This document shows, piece after piece, positions 62,522 through 64,000 of a stretch of 64,000 nt of DNA. A program made the position numbers and the translations under genes. How positions within the stretch are numbered: the stretch's first letter is position 1; each line of letters starts with the position of its first letter. Source of the DNA: Stylophora pistillata (Eukaryota); the NCBI RefSeq assembly GCF_002571385.2, contig NW_019217842.1:517064-581063 (forward strand), in the 5' to 3' direction. The notes below the pieces were generated by a model. That model saw only the letters and a list, made by a program, of their open reading frames with translations. It had not been told where the DNA came from and made no database searches.

Positions 62522-64000
62522 GTCTGTTTTTTAATAACTAAAGTTAACCTCAATTGAAACCGTTTTTCCTATGTATAACGTTACGTTAGAGACAGGAGCA
62601 TTTGTTAATATGGAGAAGACAAGAAACTTTAAGTTAATGCAATGAATTAAACAAGAAGCATGTGCTGTACCATAGTAACCATGGCTGTAAGTAAGCCTTG
62701 ATTATCGCCGAGTCAAGGCAGCTACCCCCCATCAACTTGAAAATGAACCAAATAGTGGCCTTAAGGCAAATAACTTTCATTTTCATATGGTTTATCAGCT
62801 CATTAGCATAACAGTCTGAAAGCTATTCTCAAGTTCAACCATTTAAACAAATAGAAGTCTCCACAAACGCGAATTCATCACGATTCTATGCCAAGTTTTA
62901 CGATTTTTATAATCATGATCGAACATACTTAACTCATTTGAAAAATATATTCTACTAATCTGTATATTCCCAAAGTATTTATTCTCTTTAGTTTTGAAAG
63001 TACTTAGCGTTCACAAGGCTGAAGTAATTAAAAAAGCACGTCTTCAACTGAATTTCGTCAGAAAAACTGACAGCTTATTTCAAAATAAGAATCAAAATTT
63101 AGGCAGCGAAGCTAAAAAAGAATATTCTAATAGCGCCATAAATGTTGTAGAGATTTCACAAACTAACTGCAATTGTCAACATTCCATTGCCGCCATTCAA
63201 CGTCAACGAACTGAAAGTAAAACCACGCTTGAAATTCGCTATGCTTCATGGCGCTACAGAGATCATCCCGCAAATCATGGAAATGAGCTTCCTTTTACCG
63301 TAGTCAGTCCGCCGCAAGCTTTTATAAAGCGGACGAAATTCTCTGTCATTTAGCTTTCGTGTTTGCCTAGTCTAGCTGCTTTATACGATAACAAAACAGG
63401 TATAATTACAATATTTAAAAAAAAATCTTCGTCTCATTTTCATTTAAACGTTCAAAAATCCAAAGCCCTCCTCTATAAAGCCTCCGCGGGTCACACGGAG
63501 ATTGAAAATTCGCAAAGATGAAGAAGCGAGAATTGCGAATCAGATATCCATATACGATCACAGAAGTGTCATAAAAAATTTAACTAAAAATTCCAAAGGT
63601 GATAAAATAGCTAACTTTACGCCTAACATATTCTGTAAGCTGTAGACACAAAACCTTTGATTTCTATGCGGTACTCCGATTTAGAAAAATATTTAATTAA
63701 CGGACTAAATACAGTTGATATGCAAATTAACACAAAAGCCTTCACTGGGCGAATCAGAAGTAGAAACGTTAATTGTAAGGTTTTTTTTTTAATCTTTTGT
63801 TTTATCAGATATGCACGCTTTAGCTTGTTTGATCTCTTTCATCTTGAGGTGAACTTGGTATCGACTGTCCAGGCCTAAATCACTGATTGACTTAAAACTC
63901 AATAAGAGGCTGACACCGAGAAGAATTCAGTGCAAAGTAATGATATTTTAAATGTTAAAAAAATATATAAACATACATATGAATAAAGGCTGATAGTTTC

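Overview
AT-rich, gapped eukaryotic draft sequence. Its repeat families and genes suggest a cnidarian, probably a stony coral (inference). I reconstructed spliced genes by reading GT-AG boundaries by hand. (1) A minus-strand protein of about 20 or more tandem calcium-binding EGF repeats has an N-terminal signal-anchor and a C-terminal GPI-type hydrophobic tail, i.e. a predicted tetherin-like double-anchored topology (1707-5695). (2) Three paralogous GH5-fold glycoside hydrolase genes (8003-18758) each have an intronless catalytic exon with Ala where the nucleophile Glu is expected; all three carry stops or frameshifts. (3) A 7-exon nicotinic acetylcholine receptor alpha-type subunit has a very short M3-M4 loop (21087-26834). 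(4) Three CD225/dispanin (IFITM/PRRT-like) genes lie at 31232-52219. Two of them are head-to-head, and one is in frames missed by the ORF track. The rest is transposon debris: Penelope elements with hammerhead motifs, tyrosine-recombinase retroelements, CR1/L2-type LINEs, tRNA-derived SINEs, MITEs and an LTR-like repeat. No searches were run; all calls come from motif reading.
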